Below are positions 24,900 to 37,615 of a stretch of 64,000 bases of DNA, piece by piece. The translations under genes were made by a program, and so were the position numbers. The notes beneath the pieces were generated by a model, which was not told the origin of the DNA, ran no database searches, and saw only the letters and a program-made list of their open reading frames with translations. The stretch's first letter is position 1. Every line of letters begins with the position of its first letter. Origin of the DNA: Geosiphon pyriformis uo1 (Eukaryota; Fungi; Glomeromycota); the NCBI GenBank assembly GCA_016748015.1, contig JAAOMT010000303.1, positions 248,001-312,000 on the forward strand. The letters run 5' to 3'.

Positions 24900-25899
24900 T
24901 GTTATGGGTAAACTTGGTGGAATATGGTGGTAATGTTTGGTGCTTTAATTTAATGTTCTAAGATTATATGTTTTTTACAGAGTTAATGTTTATCAGTCTC
25001 TGAAAGTCTTTTCTGAATGTGAATTTATCCATTGAGTTCTTTGGTTATAAGACACAAAGTTTTGGTTTTTACTAATTGCAACTTTTTATAAAAGTAAGTT
25101 TTCTTCTCTGAGCTAATAAGTACAGTCATTAGAGTTTGGCATTGTCTTTTCACTCTTCTGATAAGCTAACAAGATAATGTTAATATTCAAAACTTAAGGG
25201 AAGTCTCCTTCTTTTATCAGACTATCATGAAATCTATTTTTAAACAGTCAATTTTTCTATATTGCCACTTCACAAAAGAAAAATAAAAAAGAAAAAAAAA
25301 ATAAAAGAAAATAAAAGAAAATAAATAAATAAATAAAATAAAATAAGAAATAAGTATCTTGTTAATTGTCATGATTAAGAGCTATTGTGCCAGCAGGTTA
25401 AATAGTAGATAATAACATAGATTTGAAGAATTGAAGAGATATTTTATTGATATAATTCCATTTCAGTTAATAGCAACTATTCTTGAAAAAAGGAGTATTT
25501 AATAATTATAACCTGCAAGTCTAATTAACACTGAGAGTCCAATTGATTTTGAAAGTCTAATTTTTTCTTTCAATGTCTTTCTAACTTCTACAGCTATTCA
25601 TTTTATACATTTTTTTTATTTTACAGGATTGCTTCTAATTGTTTTATTATTGCTAACTATTGTTTTGCTATTTCTGTAATTGCTTCATTTTTCTATATTA
25701 TTACTAGTTATCCTATATTATAATACATTATCTGGTGTTATTACATATTATTCTGTGTTATCTTATGTTATAATGTGTTATCCTGTGTTATTCTAAGTTA
25801 TAATGTATTATCTAATATTATTGCGTGCTATTCTGTGTTATGTCACATTTTGGTCACATTTTTTCATAACTTTGGATTGGTTTTTCTATTTGGATAATA
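24900..25899 (-). repeat. Solo LTR (family C) inserted in LINE 1 ORF2
   Basis: Reverse complement of LTR 40668-41679. Flanks are TTAA/TTGA (a 4-bp TSD with one transition), and the LINE frame resumes after it. Confidence 0.85.
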
Positions 25900-28887
25900 T
25901 TGACTTTAAATTCTAATAAGATTTACAAAGTTATAGACATGATTTAAAATTGTAAAAAGTCAATGGATATTCTTAAACACTTGTTAATAGTCCAGAAAAA
26001 GTACAGGAAGTCCAAGCTTTATGAGTTGAAATTGGCTGAGGAGGTGTCTATTAGGAAGGCAATTGACAGGTGCATGGAAAACTTTTGTTCGAATAAAGAG
26101 AGCATAATTAAGAATATTTTGGATAAGCCTTTTTGTAAGGTGGTTTTGGATTATTTAGTGGTAAATAATGAGTTGGTTTTGAAGCCAAAAGAGATGAAAT
26201 ACAATGTGAATAGAATTATGAAAAGTTAGACAAGAGAGCGGAAGGTGTCTTTGGTAATACCAGATCTCTGGGTCTGACAATATGTGCTATTAAATCATGT
26301 AAAAAATAGTGCTTTTTCTGGTGTGATGTGTTTTATTAATTTGAGTAATTTGCTCTTGGTTGTTAATGGTTTACCTGATGACAAAGCTATTGGCTTGTTT
26401 AACATTCTTAATAAACTGTAAAAACATGGTAGTAATGGAGTTTTGAAGTGGCTTTTAATGTTGTTAAATGTGTGTTTGGCTGTTGGTAGTGTTTCTACTT
26501 TGTGAAGAAAAACATAGGTTTTGATAATTCCTAAACTTTATGACTGGGATGGGGTTCTTATGAATACTTGGCCCATAGTTTTAATTGAGACTGTTAGAAA
26601 AATTTTCTTTAAGGTTCTGTTTGATTGTATTTTGTTTGCATGTAGCAAGTTTGGTGTTCTCTATGGCAATAGCTTTTCAGTATTAAAAAATACATCTACA
26701 CAGTCCTCTGTGTTTGTTGTTAGATCAGTAATTGAGGATGCTCTTGAGAAGAATAGAGAACTTTGGTTAGTTTTACAAGACATATGTAAAGTGTACAATT
26801 CTGTTGAATGTTTTTACTTAAAAGCTAACTTACAGAGGATCAAGATGTATAACAGGTTTATAAGATTTTTTGGCAGTATACATGAAGATAGGATTAACAG
26901 AATAATAACTAATTTCAGCTTGTTAGATGGCTATAGGGTGCATGATAGTTTGAATTAAGGTGAAGTTTTTTTGTCTTTTTTTTGGAGGATCTTCTACAAT
27001 TCACTTTTATATAAGATTAAAAGACATAAACAGTTGTATGGGTACTGAATCAATACTAAGTTTGTTTCAAAAATATGCAAAGTTAAAGGTAATGATGAGA
27101 TAACTTCTTATTTTGCTGCTAGTACATTTGTTGATAATACAATCTGAGTTAAAAACTGCTGCTATTTAGTATGCTTTGAACATTGCCAGTAAGTTTTTTG
27201 ATATCAATAATATTTCTATTAACAATGAAAAGATGGTGGCTATTTCCATTAATCAGGGAGTTAGGGTTGCTTCTTTGAATATTAGTGGTCAGCCAATTTT
27301 GATTGCTGCAAAAAGCAAAGCACATTGTTATCTAGAAATTTTTTTGTCTGTCAAAGAATTATTCAAGCCAAGTGTGTCCAAAGCTCACTCTGATGTTTGG
27401 TTCTTTGTTAATGTTGTTTTTAAGAAAACTATTATGAATAAATAATTTTCATATTTGGTATCAGCTGTCTTGTAATCTATTGTCAGTTACCAGACTTAGT
27501 TTAGTTTTGTCTTAGTTAACATGTATTGCAAATAAGATGCCATAATTAGAAAAAGTCTTAAACTTAAGATGCATCTGTTCCATAATTTTTTTGATACAGC
27601 TCTATATCATTTCTTTTTATATAATCTAAAATTTTTTGAGCAGGTGCAATCTAAAAGAAAGATGGCTTCTTTGGTGCCCTTTTCTAATGCCTTAGGCATT
27701 TTTGGATGACTATTTAATCATGAATTCTTGGACTTGCAGGTTTTAGGATGGGCTCCTTTGGATCTTTTGCAATTTTCTGTAAAGTTATATGTTAATCTGG
27801 CGAACAATTTTTTGGCTAGAATGGTTAAGATTTTTTTAGTAAACAATCTTTCTAATGCTTTTTATAGTTCTGGTTAATTTTCAATATCATCAATTCTTGA
27901 AAAGGCTTTGTATTTTGATTCTGTTCATTTTCTGAAATGTTTTGGGGTTGTTTTTGGTGATTAGCTTATTAATAAAAAGAGCAGTATATTGGATTGGAAG
28001 ACTTTTCATTGTTGGAAAAAACTGGATCTATGAGGTCCTGTTCCTTATTGGTTTGGAGTTGTATCTAAGTTTTTGTTGAATAAAGTTTTGTCTCCATCTG
28101 GCTGTGCTAACTTTGCTTAGTTATATGGTCTAAATATTTTAAAGTCTAATAGACTGTCTGCTGTGAGAAATAGTCTGCACAAGGTTTGGTCTGAATTTTT
28201 TGAAGTATATACAGATGGTTCATTAAAAGGTGTTGGCTTTGCCAATATTGCTAGTGGTGCAGCTGCATATTTTTCAGTTCTGGATATAAGTGTTGGTGTT
28301 GCTGTTCATGGTCTTTTGTCTTTTACTATGGCCAAGTTGCAAGTTGTTGCTTTGTTCTTGAAATGTGTTCTATTTTCTAGTACAGTAATATTGTATCTTA
28401 ACAGCCAAGCTGCTATTAATATGTGTGTGTTAAAATTATTATCTGATGTGCCTAATTTTTATAACCAGTATTGAATTAAAAGATGGCATATTTTCAATTT
28501 AATTAGGAATAAGGATTTTATTGTGAATTGGGTTAAGATTAAAGACTATTCTAAGATTGCTGATAATATAAAGGCTGATTTTGCAGTGGAGGTAACTGCA
28601 CAGTCTTCTTTTTTTTTGTTAGCTGGTATGTGGAAGCATTTTTTGGTGGCTAATAGCACAGTTGTGTTTGGTAATGTCTGTTATTTTGTCAAAAATATAT
28701 TTTGGTTTATCTGTTATGCTTGTTGAAAAGCTGATTCTGGCTGTAATGTGGTTCCAGATATGTTTATCAAGTGTGTAGACTGGATTTCCACCTTAAAAGT
28801 GTGACATCCTGATTCTAATATGCTTATTAGATTTACTAACCATAAGTCTTCTAACTTGTGCACATATTTAATAAAAGCCATGCACAG

Positions 28888-29674
28888 TGTTACTCATAAA
28901 AGGAAAAACAGATATAAAAAAATAGTAGACCAATAGGAGAGTAATAGTTAGCACATGAGCATATTACTCAGCAATATGGAGTGATATTAGAAAATTAGGA
29001 CACATTGTTCAAAAAATCATAGCATGTTGCTCGGAAATATAAGCAATCTTATAGAATCTTAATTATGTATATATAACAATAACATTAGAAGAAAAAAAGA
29101 CAGATCTCTCAGTTTAGATTTGATTTAAGGAACCTTCTATATCACAAATATCAATAAATAACTATTCACTATCTCAAAATTACTCCACTATCAATACTTC
29201 ATGTTAATAGTAATTGATACTTAACCACACTAGAACAATAGCTTTTGATCATGGCTATTGATGGGATACTAATATTTATTGTCTTGGCTTGTTTTGTTAT
29301 TTTCTTTTTATTTTTTTTTGTTATTTCTTTTGTTTTACTAATTGATTAAAGAGAAAAACACTGAATTATTGACATCAAAGATAGCCTGGTAAAAGACCCC
29401 AAAGAAAAGATATAACATTGAGAATTTAAGGATAGCTTACCAGAAGGGCATCTCTGCCAGATTATTGGTCACCACACTGAAAAAAAAATTCAATGGAATT
29501 GTAATTCTGAGAGGCTATTAAGAAGACAACAATTAAATTTCTGTTCATTATACAAAAAATTCCACCAACACCTTCAAATTCATAACATCTTCAGAAACAA
29601 CACTATTATAGCAATTGAACACCAAGTTACAGATTTGTTATTTGCCTTGAGATCCCAAATAATCATCTGTAACA
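28888..29674 (+). repeat. Solo LTR (family B-related) inserted in LINE 1 ORF2
   Basis: TGTTA...TAACA with perfect TSD ACAG. Confidence 0.93.
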
Positions 29675-30403
29675 ACAGACAATTGTCAGTAATGGTCAAA
29701 AAAAAATTATATAATAAGAGCTAGCCTAATGTGCTGTATTTGTTGTGTGATAAGATGGAGTTTTTGGATCATGCTTTTACTTGTGCTCAGAATATTGTTA
29801 TTTGTAATAAAATTTTGGTTGAGGCTTCTACATAGTAGACTGCTTTGGCTGGTGTTTGTAATGTGTCTTTTTTTGTTATTTTGTGGGTCTTTTTTTAATG
29901 TTTTTTGGACATTGACTTGTATATTGTGGTGTGTAAAAAATTTGTATTAAAAAAGTGGTACAAGAAGGCTTTTGGTATTTTTGAGAATGGAAAGGTGGTT
30001 GTTGTTAGAGTTGTAGAATTTGTGAGATTTGTTGTGGATTTACATTGTGCTAAGGCTTGGTTAGTAAGATCTGAGCACAAAGTAAAGATAGAAAAGATTG
30101 GTTTGACTTATGATAATAGTGTGATTTCTGGGCTGTCTCATGGTATGTACTTGGAGTTGTCTGATGGAGTAGTCAGATTACTTGGTATTGTTGAATTTTT
30201 TGCTGTTAGCTTTGGCTGTTATAAGCTGTGTCATTTTTTTTCTGGTTTGAATGGTAATATTAGTGTTAATATAGGTGTCTAGTGTTGTCTTGTCTGGCTT
30301 AAGTAGCTAGTTATATGTAGTAAGTACATAAGTCACATTTAGTTTGGGTCACTTAGTTTGGCTCTTTGTACTAAATAGTAGTTGGATTTTACTCATTAAA
30401 TGC

Positions 30404-31274
30404 TGTTACTCATAGAATATAAAAAATATATTAGCACATGAAATAGCCAATCAGAGGTAGCCATAGTAAATGTGGAATCTCAAGATTCCTCTCAAGAGAA
30501 ATTGCAGGATTTCAAGAATTTCAGGATTCTCCATGCAAGGAATCGCAGGATTCCAAAATTCCAGGATTCCTCTCAAAAGGAATTGCAGAATTCCAGGAAT
30601 TCCAAGACTCCTGAAGTAAAGAATTGAGAAATCTCAATTATGTATATATAGCAGTAGTGTTAGAAGTAGAAAAGGCAGAATTCTCAGTTAGAAAACCTCT
30701 CCATTTAGATTTTATCTAAGCAACTTTCCAAATCACAAATATTAATAAATAATTATTTACTATCTCAATCCACTCTTTACTATCAACACTTTATGTTGAT
30801 AATAATTGATACTTAACCATACTGGAACAATAGCTCTTGATTATGGCTATTGACAGGATACTAACTTGCAATTGCTTTTTGTTATTTTCTTTAATTTCTT
30901 TTCTTTTCTTTTCTTTTTTTTGTTATTTCTTTGGGTTTTGCTAAAAAATTGATTAAGGATTAAGTGCTGAGATACAAACATCATAAAGACTGGTAAAAGA
31001 CCCGTGAAAAAAAGGGTAGAACACTCATAGATTTGAGGATAGCTTACCAGGAGGATTACCAACCACCACGCTGAGAAAGAAATTTGACGAAACTGCAGTT
31101 TCAGGAAGCTACAGATAAAACCATCAATTAAATCTCTGTTCATTATACAAAGGACTCAACTCAAAAGCCTTTAAATACAATCAATGTACCAGTGTCACCA
31201 GCCTTGTCAAGATATTGAGCACCAAGTTACGGATTTGTTATTTGATTTGAGACCCCAAATAATCATCAGTAATA
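30404..31274 (+). repeat. 5' LTR with GGAATTCCA/GCAGGATTC tandem array
   Basis: Aligns with 39716-40593; CCAAT box near 30448; TATATATAG near 30643. Confidence 0.95.
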
Positions 31275-31276
31275 TT

Positions 31277-31293
31277 TGGTGCTCCCTATGAGG
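31277..31293 (+). promoter_or_regulatory. Primer-binding site TGGTGCTCCCTATGAGG
   Basis: 2 nt after the LTR; one mismatch to the family A PBS. Confidence 0.9.
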
Positions 31294-34200
31294 TATAATC
31301 CTACAGAGAACCAGTACCAACAACTAATTAACAGTGGCAGAATCAGAAAGTATAGGAGCAAACCATTTAGGATTCGCAAAATCCTTATTTTAATACTACT
31401 GTCAACATTTGGAATTAAATCACAATCATATATCAGCAGAATCAGCCTTCAATTTTTACGTCAATGAGAGAATTGCCTATTTGTTAAGGACACCAGTAAA
31501 CACTAAATTAGTGAGAGAAACTTTTTACCATGAATTAATACAAAACACCAGCTTACTAACAAATCATAATTTTACATCCATTATCACTGAGATTAACAAA
31601 GAAATTGAACATCATGCACAACAAAGATACCCAATCACCTACTTAAGTAAAGGCAAAGAAAAACTACAAACACCAGCAGTAACACCTCAACAGATCCAAC
31701 CACTCACTTGGAAGAAACACAGAGTTGAATTATCTACAAATCCATCATATCATTATACTCCGAAAAACACCATTCATATCACATCACCAAATGCATCCAC
31801 ATCAAATGTGACATTACTATTTGGACAATTTTTATTCCAAAGTAAACAAAGAAAAACAGAATTACTAGGCCCATATGACAAATATTTTGAAGGATTTTAT
31901 TCACAAACACCAATGCCATCAGGAATTTGATTACCACCACCTCCACCAGATTTTAGAATAGCTGATCTATTAGAAGCATTAGAATCAGAAGAAGAAAGAA
32001 AATCTGAGGATCAAGAATTTACTTACCAGAATTCAATTCCAGAAAACCTGGAAGTTGAAACCCTAAATGTTCAAACTCCGAAAAATTCAAATCAAGAAAA
32101 TCTGAAAACCGAAACTCTGAATATTTGAACACCATGGAATCAGAATATTCTAAACCCCAATTCAATCAATCAACCAAACTTACCTCCAAATATTGTCATT
32201 GATTACCCACCAATTAACCCAATAGCACAACCATTACTTCAACAACCAAATCAGCAAATTCAACAGCTGCAACAACAACTTCAACCATCTGTTCAACAGC
32301 AACAACCAAATGTAGACCCAATAGCATATGCACCAATTGCAAAACTTGACAATTTCACTGGTGAAGAGGACAATGCCCAAGTATGGCTAAATGATGTTGA
32401 GAAAGCCATTACTGCAAATGGATGGAATAATGCCAGAGCTCTTCAAGCAATCCCATACTTTCTTAAGAACACTGCCAATTCCTGATATCAGAGCCTGATC
32501 AATAAACCCCAGGACTTTAATGTATTTAAACTAGAGTTTCTAAAATATTTTAGTAACAATAATAGTATCAACCAATTGACAAACACCTTCACCATTATCA
32601 AACAAAGAGACATAGAAGCAGTTACCACTTACTTGGGATGCTTCCATCAAAATCTATGCCAAATTTAAGCAATTGACGCCAACTATTTCACAGTGCCACA
32701 AATCCTAAACCAATTTATTAGAGGTCTGTGCAGTAGTATCCTCCAATGTGTATGTCCAATGCATCCAGCAGACCTTCAAGCTGCAGTTACCAATGCCAGA
32801 GATTTTGAAGCAGCTGAACTCGAAGCTAATCATGCTCAAGCTGTTAATCTAGTGATGAATGGATCATCTGAATTGGATTCCAAATTGAAACAATTCAGTG
32901 ACTCCATTAACCAGAAGCTTAAAAAGTACTTAGCTGACAATCACGCAATTTATCAGCCATCTCAACAATGCAATAATTTAGGAATCACAAATCGCTCAGA
33001 AAATCAGTCGCATTCCTCATCATCTGCTAATCAGCCATGGCAACAAGAGACGTGTATCTGCCACTATTGTGGTAAACAAGGACATTTGAGAATTGATTGT
33101 CAGTTAAAGATAGAAAATCAACGATCAGGAAATCAATATTGAAATCCTGATCACTAGTTCTCAACTCCGAGATATCAATCAAATACAGAAATATATTAAC
33201 CAAATTACATACTTATGATACAGCCACAAATTTATCAGCTGCCAATTTATCAGCCAACAGCACCCATCATTTATTATCTGCAGCCCCAACCCATTTATCA
33301 GCCATAGCCTTAGGTAATCTACTAGCCGTAACAAATTCAAACACCACTGCAGAACTTACCTTAAAACAGAACTCAAAGGCCAAGATTAACACAGCAAAGC
33401 TGGAGATCATCGATGGTAGTCCATCAACCAATCCCCAGTTCTACAGCACAATCATCAAGTTCTCAACAATGGAATTCAGGTACCAGTTCCACCCAAAATC
33501 CGAATTCCCAACACTATTTAAGTCTCTTGGTTACTCCCGAAGATGTCACTTTTTACAACTCAGAATCTAATTAACAACCAGTACTTACTAGCAATATACT
33601 TCTGGCCACCATTACCAATGACAAAACATTGGCTGCCATATTCTTTTTTGAACTCGAAAAAACCACAATGATACCACTATTCAGTAGAGCCACCTTAGAG
33701 GAAAAACTCATCACGGCAATGTACACTAATGTGAAAGTTAATGGCCACTTCATCAAACTGATCCTAAACAGTGGATCAGCTGGCAGCATAATTACCAAAC
33801 AACTTATGGACCAATTAGGTCACTGAGTTGATTGCACCACCAGTACCAAGATCATAACTGCCAATAGAGCAACCAAAACTCCCATTGGTAAAATCAATGA
33901 TTTTCCTTTTGAAGTCAATGGCATTATTACTCCCATCAACGTCCTAGTTATGGAAACAACCCAATATCAAGCATTAGTAGGCAACAATTGGTTATCCAAA
34001 ACTAATGCCATACTCGATTGAACCACTCAAGAATTACAATTCAGTCAAAACGGTTGACACACACATATACCAGCCACATATGGCCATTTCAAGACTACCA
34101 ACTCAACAACCCCACTTATCAAGTTTAAGGAAGAAGAAAGGAAACCAACATGGAAAGCATATCAAGTCTCATGGGCTGATGAAGACCACAATGAGCTGCT

Positions 34201-37200
34201 GCCAATACTATCATGGGATAACAATGGAAAGGGAAAACAAAAAGAAGAGCTTACCTGGAAGACTGACAATTTGACCTGGACCGACAATGACGAAAACAAG
34301 CCAACACCAAACTGGGAATAAAAAGAAGAAAACAATAAAAGAAAGGGAAAAGAGAAAGAAGAAGAAACAACAACCACCAACACCACTTCTTCTAACTCCT
34401 ACATTTACCCTACACCACCACAATCTATTTATTGTTGACCAAAACTTATATGCATTGATTGTGGCAAGAAATTGTCATCAATAGGCGCATGCTGTAGCAA
34501 CGATGAGGAATATGCAATGGCAACCAAATTCTACTGCCATGCATGTGTCATAGAAAAGTTTGGATGATCAAAGAAGCAAGGAAAATGGAACAACCAACCT
34601 TGTTTCGCTTGTGAAGAAACTCTCTTGGATGAAGGAATGTGGAATGACATTTTAGAGTGAGAAGGAACATGTGACAAATTATGCCAATACACAATTCTAA
34701 TTAGCGACTGGGTAAGGAAAGGAACACCAATAAAAGCAGCCTGGAGAAGAGCAGTACAATGATTGGACAGTTGTCTATACAATAACAATAAGATTTAGCA
34801 AATGGCACTCACAAAAATAGAAAGAGCATTACCTGAGAAGATCAGAGAAATTAAAAACAACCCACCAGAACCAATAAAACTTGACTGGAATTCAGAACCA
34901 GTCATAAACCTATTGGAATTGAAAGAATTTCACAAATATTACCAATGTTTGGCACTTACCAGAGAAGAGCAAGAACAACAGCTAGAACAATTAAATGCCA
35001 GATTGTGCCACCATTGTTTAATTTCCAGTAATTTTGAATATTGTAATAAGTGTGATTTCATTTACAATCCACTACTACACATAATCTACATGATCCTGGA
35101 AAAAAAAAAACCAATCAGTAGCTGTACATCGGAATCAAAATTAGTTTTTGATCCCAATTCAAATCCCAACAACAACGACAACAAAAACACCAGTTCCAGC
35201 TCTGCTCAAAATGGCAACAAAAATATCAGCAATTCAAACTCCAATTCAAACCCTGAAATATATATTGCACTTTTTGATCTATCTAAGAAGCAGGAACTCA
35301 AATAGTATAGCAACAATAATGAAAGTATCATACTAGAACACATGCATAATACCAATGTAGGGTTTGATCTGAGATATCTGGGAAAAAAAGCCATCAAATT
35401 GGAACCAAATTTTCGCACTTGTATTGATTTCAAAATAGCTCTGGAAATTTCAGCAACAACCATGATCTAATTAGCATCTAGAAGTAGTTTAGTGAAAAAA
35501 AGAATCAACATCAGAGGAGGAATAATTGATGTGAGATACATAGAAAATATCATCACTATGCTACAAAATGACTCTGAAAAAACCTATATCATAGAGCCAA
35601 ACAAAAAGATAGCACAAGCAATATTTCTACCTTTGGTAAAAATAGCCCAATTAATGTTAGTGGGAAACAGAAAAAAATTAAGGATTACTGCTAGAGGGAT
35701 ACAGAAATTCAGATCAACAGATAGAATAGACATATTAATTAATATGGTGGAGGAAAAGATTATTGACAAAGAAGAAATTATCTCAACCCATCAATCAATT
35801 TCCATTTTGCCATATGACCAGTATATATTAGCCATAAAAAGGGAAGTAAGGGATCAAGCTCAATTGTTTAAAGCAGAAGCCACCATTTGTGAATTAGGAG
35901 AAATTGGACTTACTAATCTATACATATCAGCCAAAAGCCCCAAAAATATTAAAATTCCCATCTACAACACAACCAGAAGTGTTATTGAAATACCAAAAGA
36001 AACCATCATTAGATATTTAACCACCAAAGTTGAGGATCAACCACCAAACCACATTCCAGATTTTTCACAGCTTTGTGGATATGTGGATATTACATCACAA
36101 ACTATCTATGGAAAAGGTAAATGTTATCTGTTCCAGCCAGAACAATTGGAACAAATAAACATGGGGAATCTAGATCCACTTTAACAGATGCAACTCAAGA
36201 TGTTACTCAACAATTTCAATGACATCTTTGCCAGTGAAAACAAATTTGGCCAAACCAATATCATTCAGCATCAGATCAAGACTGGAGATGCAATGCCAAT
36301 AAAACAAAAAGCATACAAAGTATCACCAGCTAGCCATGAGATCATTTGTCAAGAAATTAACTGAATGCTTGACAACGGGCTAATTCAGTCATCAATGAGT
36401 CTATGGTCATCACCAGTGGTACTAGTCCAGAAGAAAAATGGGAAAATCCACTTTTGTGTAGACTACCAGAAACTAAATAGAGTAACAAAAGGTGATAGCT
36501 ATCCAACTCCAAAGATCCAAGAGCTATTCAACGCTTTTGGAAGAAATAAATGGTTCTCAACACTGGACTTAGATAGTGGTTACTGGCAAGTAGCCATGGA
36601 TCCAACTGACAAAGAAAAAACAGCATTCACCACAAGAGAAAAAAATTTGAGTTTGAAGTCATGCCATTTGGCTTGATGAATGCTCCAACAACATTCCAAT
36701 AGCTTATGGAAATTGTCTATACTAGATTACTATGGAAATCAGTAGTTGTATATTTGGATGACACCAATGTGTTCTTAAAAACATTTGATGATTATTTGCA
36801 TTATTTCCAACAAGTATTTAAAAGATTAAGAAGAGCTGGATTGAAGCTAAATGCAACCAAATGCTTCTTTGGAAAAACTGAACTCAAGTTTTTGGGACAT
36901 GTAGTGAGCAAAGATGGAATCAAAACAGATCCAGACAAGATTGAAGTAGTTAAGAACTTTCCAGTACCAACCAACTTGCCAGAACTAAGAACATTTTTGG
37001 GATTCGCAGGTTACTATCACCACATCATTAAGAACTTTTCTAAACTAGCTTAGTCACTTTATTATCTACAAACCAAGAATGTGAAGTATAAATGGACTGA
37101 AGCTTAACAAAAAGCATTCGACACATTGAGGAGAAAGCTTATTCAAGCTCTAGTATTGATGTATCCAGATTACAACAAACCATTCATCATTATTACTGAT

Positions 37201-37554
37201 GCATCAGGTCAAGCATTGGGAGCAATATTATCACAGAAAGGACCTGATGGAAGAGAGCATCCAGTAGCTTATGCCAGTAGAAGTTTAAGCCCAGTGGAAA
37301 AAAACTATGGAACTCCAGCACTAGAACACTTAGCAATCTATTGGGCTGTTATCAAATGGAGAGAATACTTGAGCCAAAAATTTGAAATATATATGGATCA
37401 CAAAGAATTGACTTCAATTCAGAAACAAGAATTTGCAGACGATTGCGATGCCAGATGGAAAATAGAACTTTGACCATTCAACTATACAATACATTACAAA
37501 AAGAGAAAAAACAATGAAAATGCTGATGGTTTGTTGTAAATAAGACAAATATAA
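31292..37554 (+). pseudogene. Gag-protease-Cys-rich-dUTPase-RT-RNaseH polyprotein, interrupted
   Basis: Fragments at 31409, 32693, 33629, 34802, 35492 and 36365 share a frame, with one homopolymer frameshift near 36640. Motifs: CHYCGKQGHLRIDC, LDLDSGYWQ, VYLDDT, TDASG. Ends ADGLL*IRQI*. Confidence 0.92.
35295..35722 (+). pseudogene. dut: Trimeric dUTPase domain within Gypsy pol
   Basis: NVGFDL / ASRSSL / GGIIDVRYIE / KIAQ / RGIQKFRSTD. Confidence 0.9.
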
Positions 37555-37615
37555 AAACATTTCAACCCAAAAATATAACAAAATTAAACCAAACCCAATA
37601 AAAATATAACAAAAG

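Larger units (their letters stand above)
23822..30282 (+). pseudogene. LINE ORF2 (AP endonuclease, RT, RNase H), interrupted
   Basis: Fragments at 24017, 25963, 26521, 27176, 28163, 28523 and 29905 with the motifs above. Confidence 0.88.
21740..30399 (+). mobile_element. LINE (non-LTR) retrotransposon copy 1: ORF1 + ORF2 (APE-RT-RNaseH-CCHC), interrupted by two solo LTRs; A-rich tail resumes at 40598
   Basis: ORF1 has an RRM-like segment (IKKIPV...FSKFGKI) and a knuckle (CVYCKQFSHVFVDC). ORF2 has GDFNE, IDYIFVS, NTDY, RT LQDI.KVYNSV / FVDNT and RNase H VYTDGS. Confidence 0.93.

Noticed and set aside
30847-31143. 98-aa antisense ORF open in both LTRs of the second full-length element (also 40166-40462)
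   Set aside because: The two LTRs are copies of one sequence. The frame closes early in related LTRs, and the Lys-rich tail is just the antisense of the T-tract.
36635-36650. Programmed frameshift within RT
   Set aside because: It is an indel in an A-run inside the RT domain; the other copy (14710-14725) is in frame.
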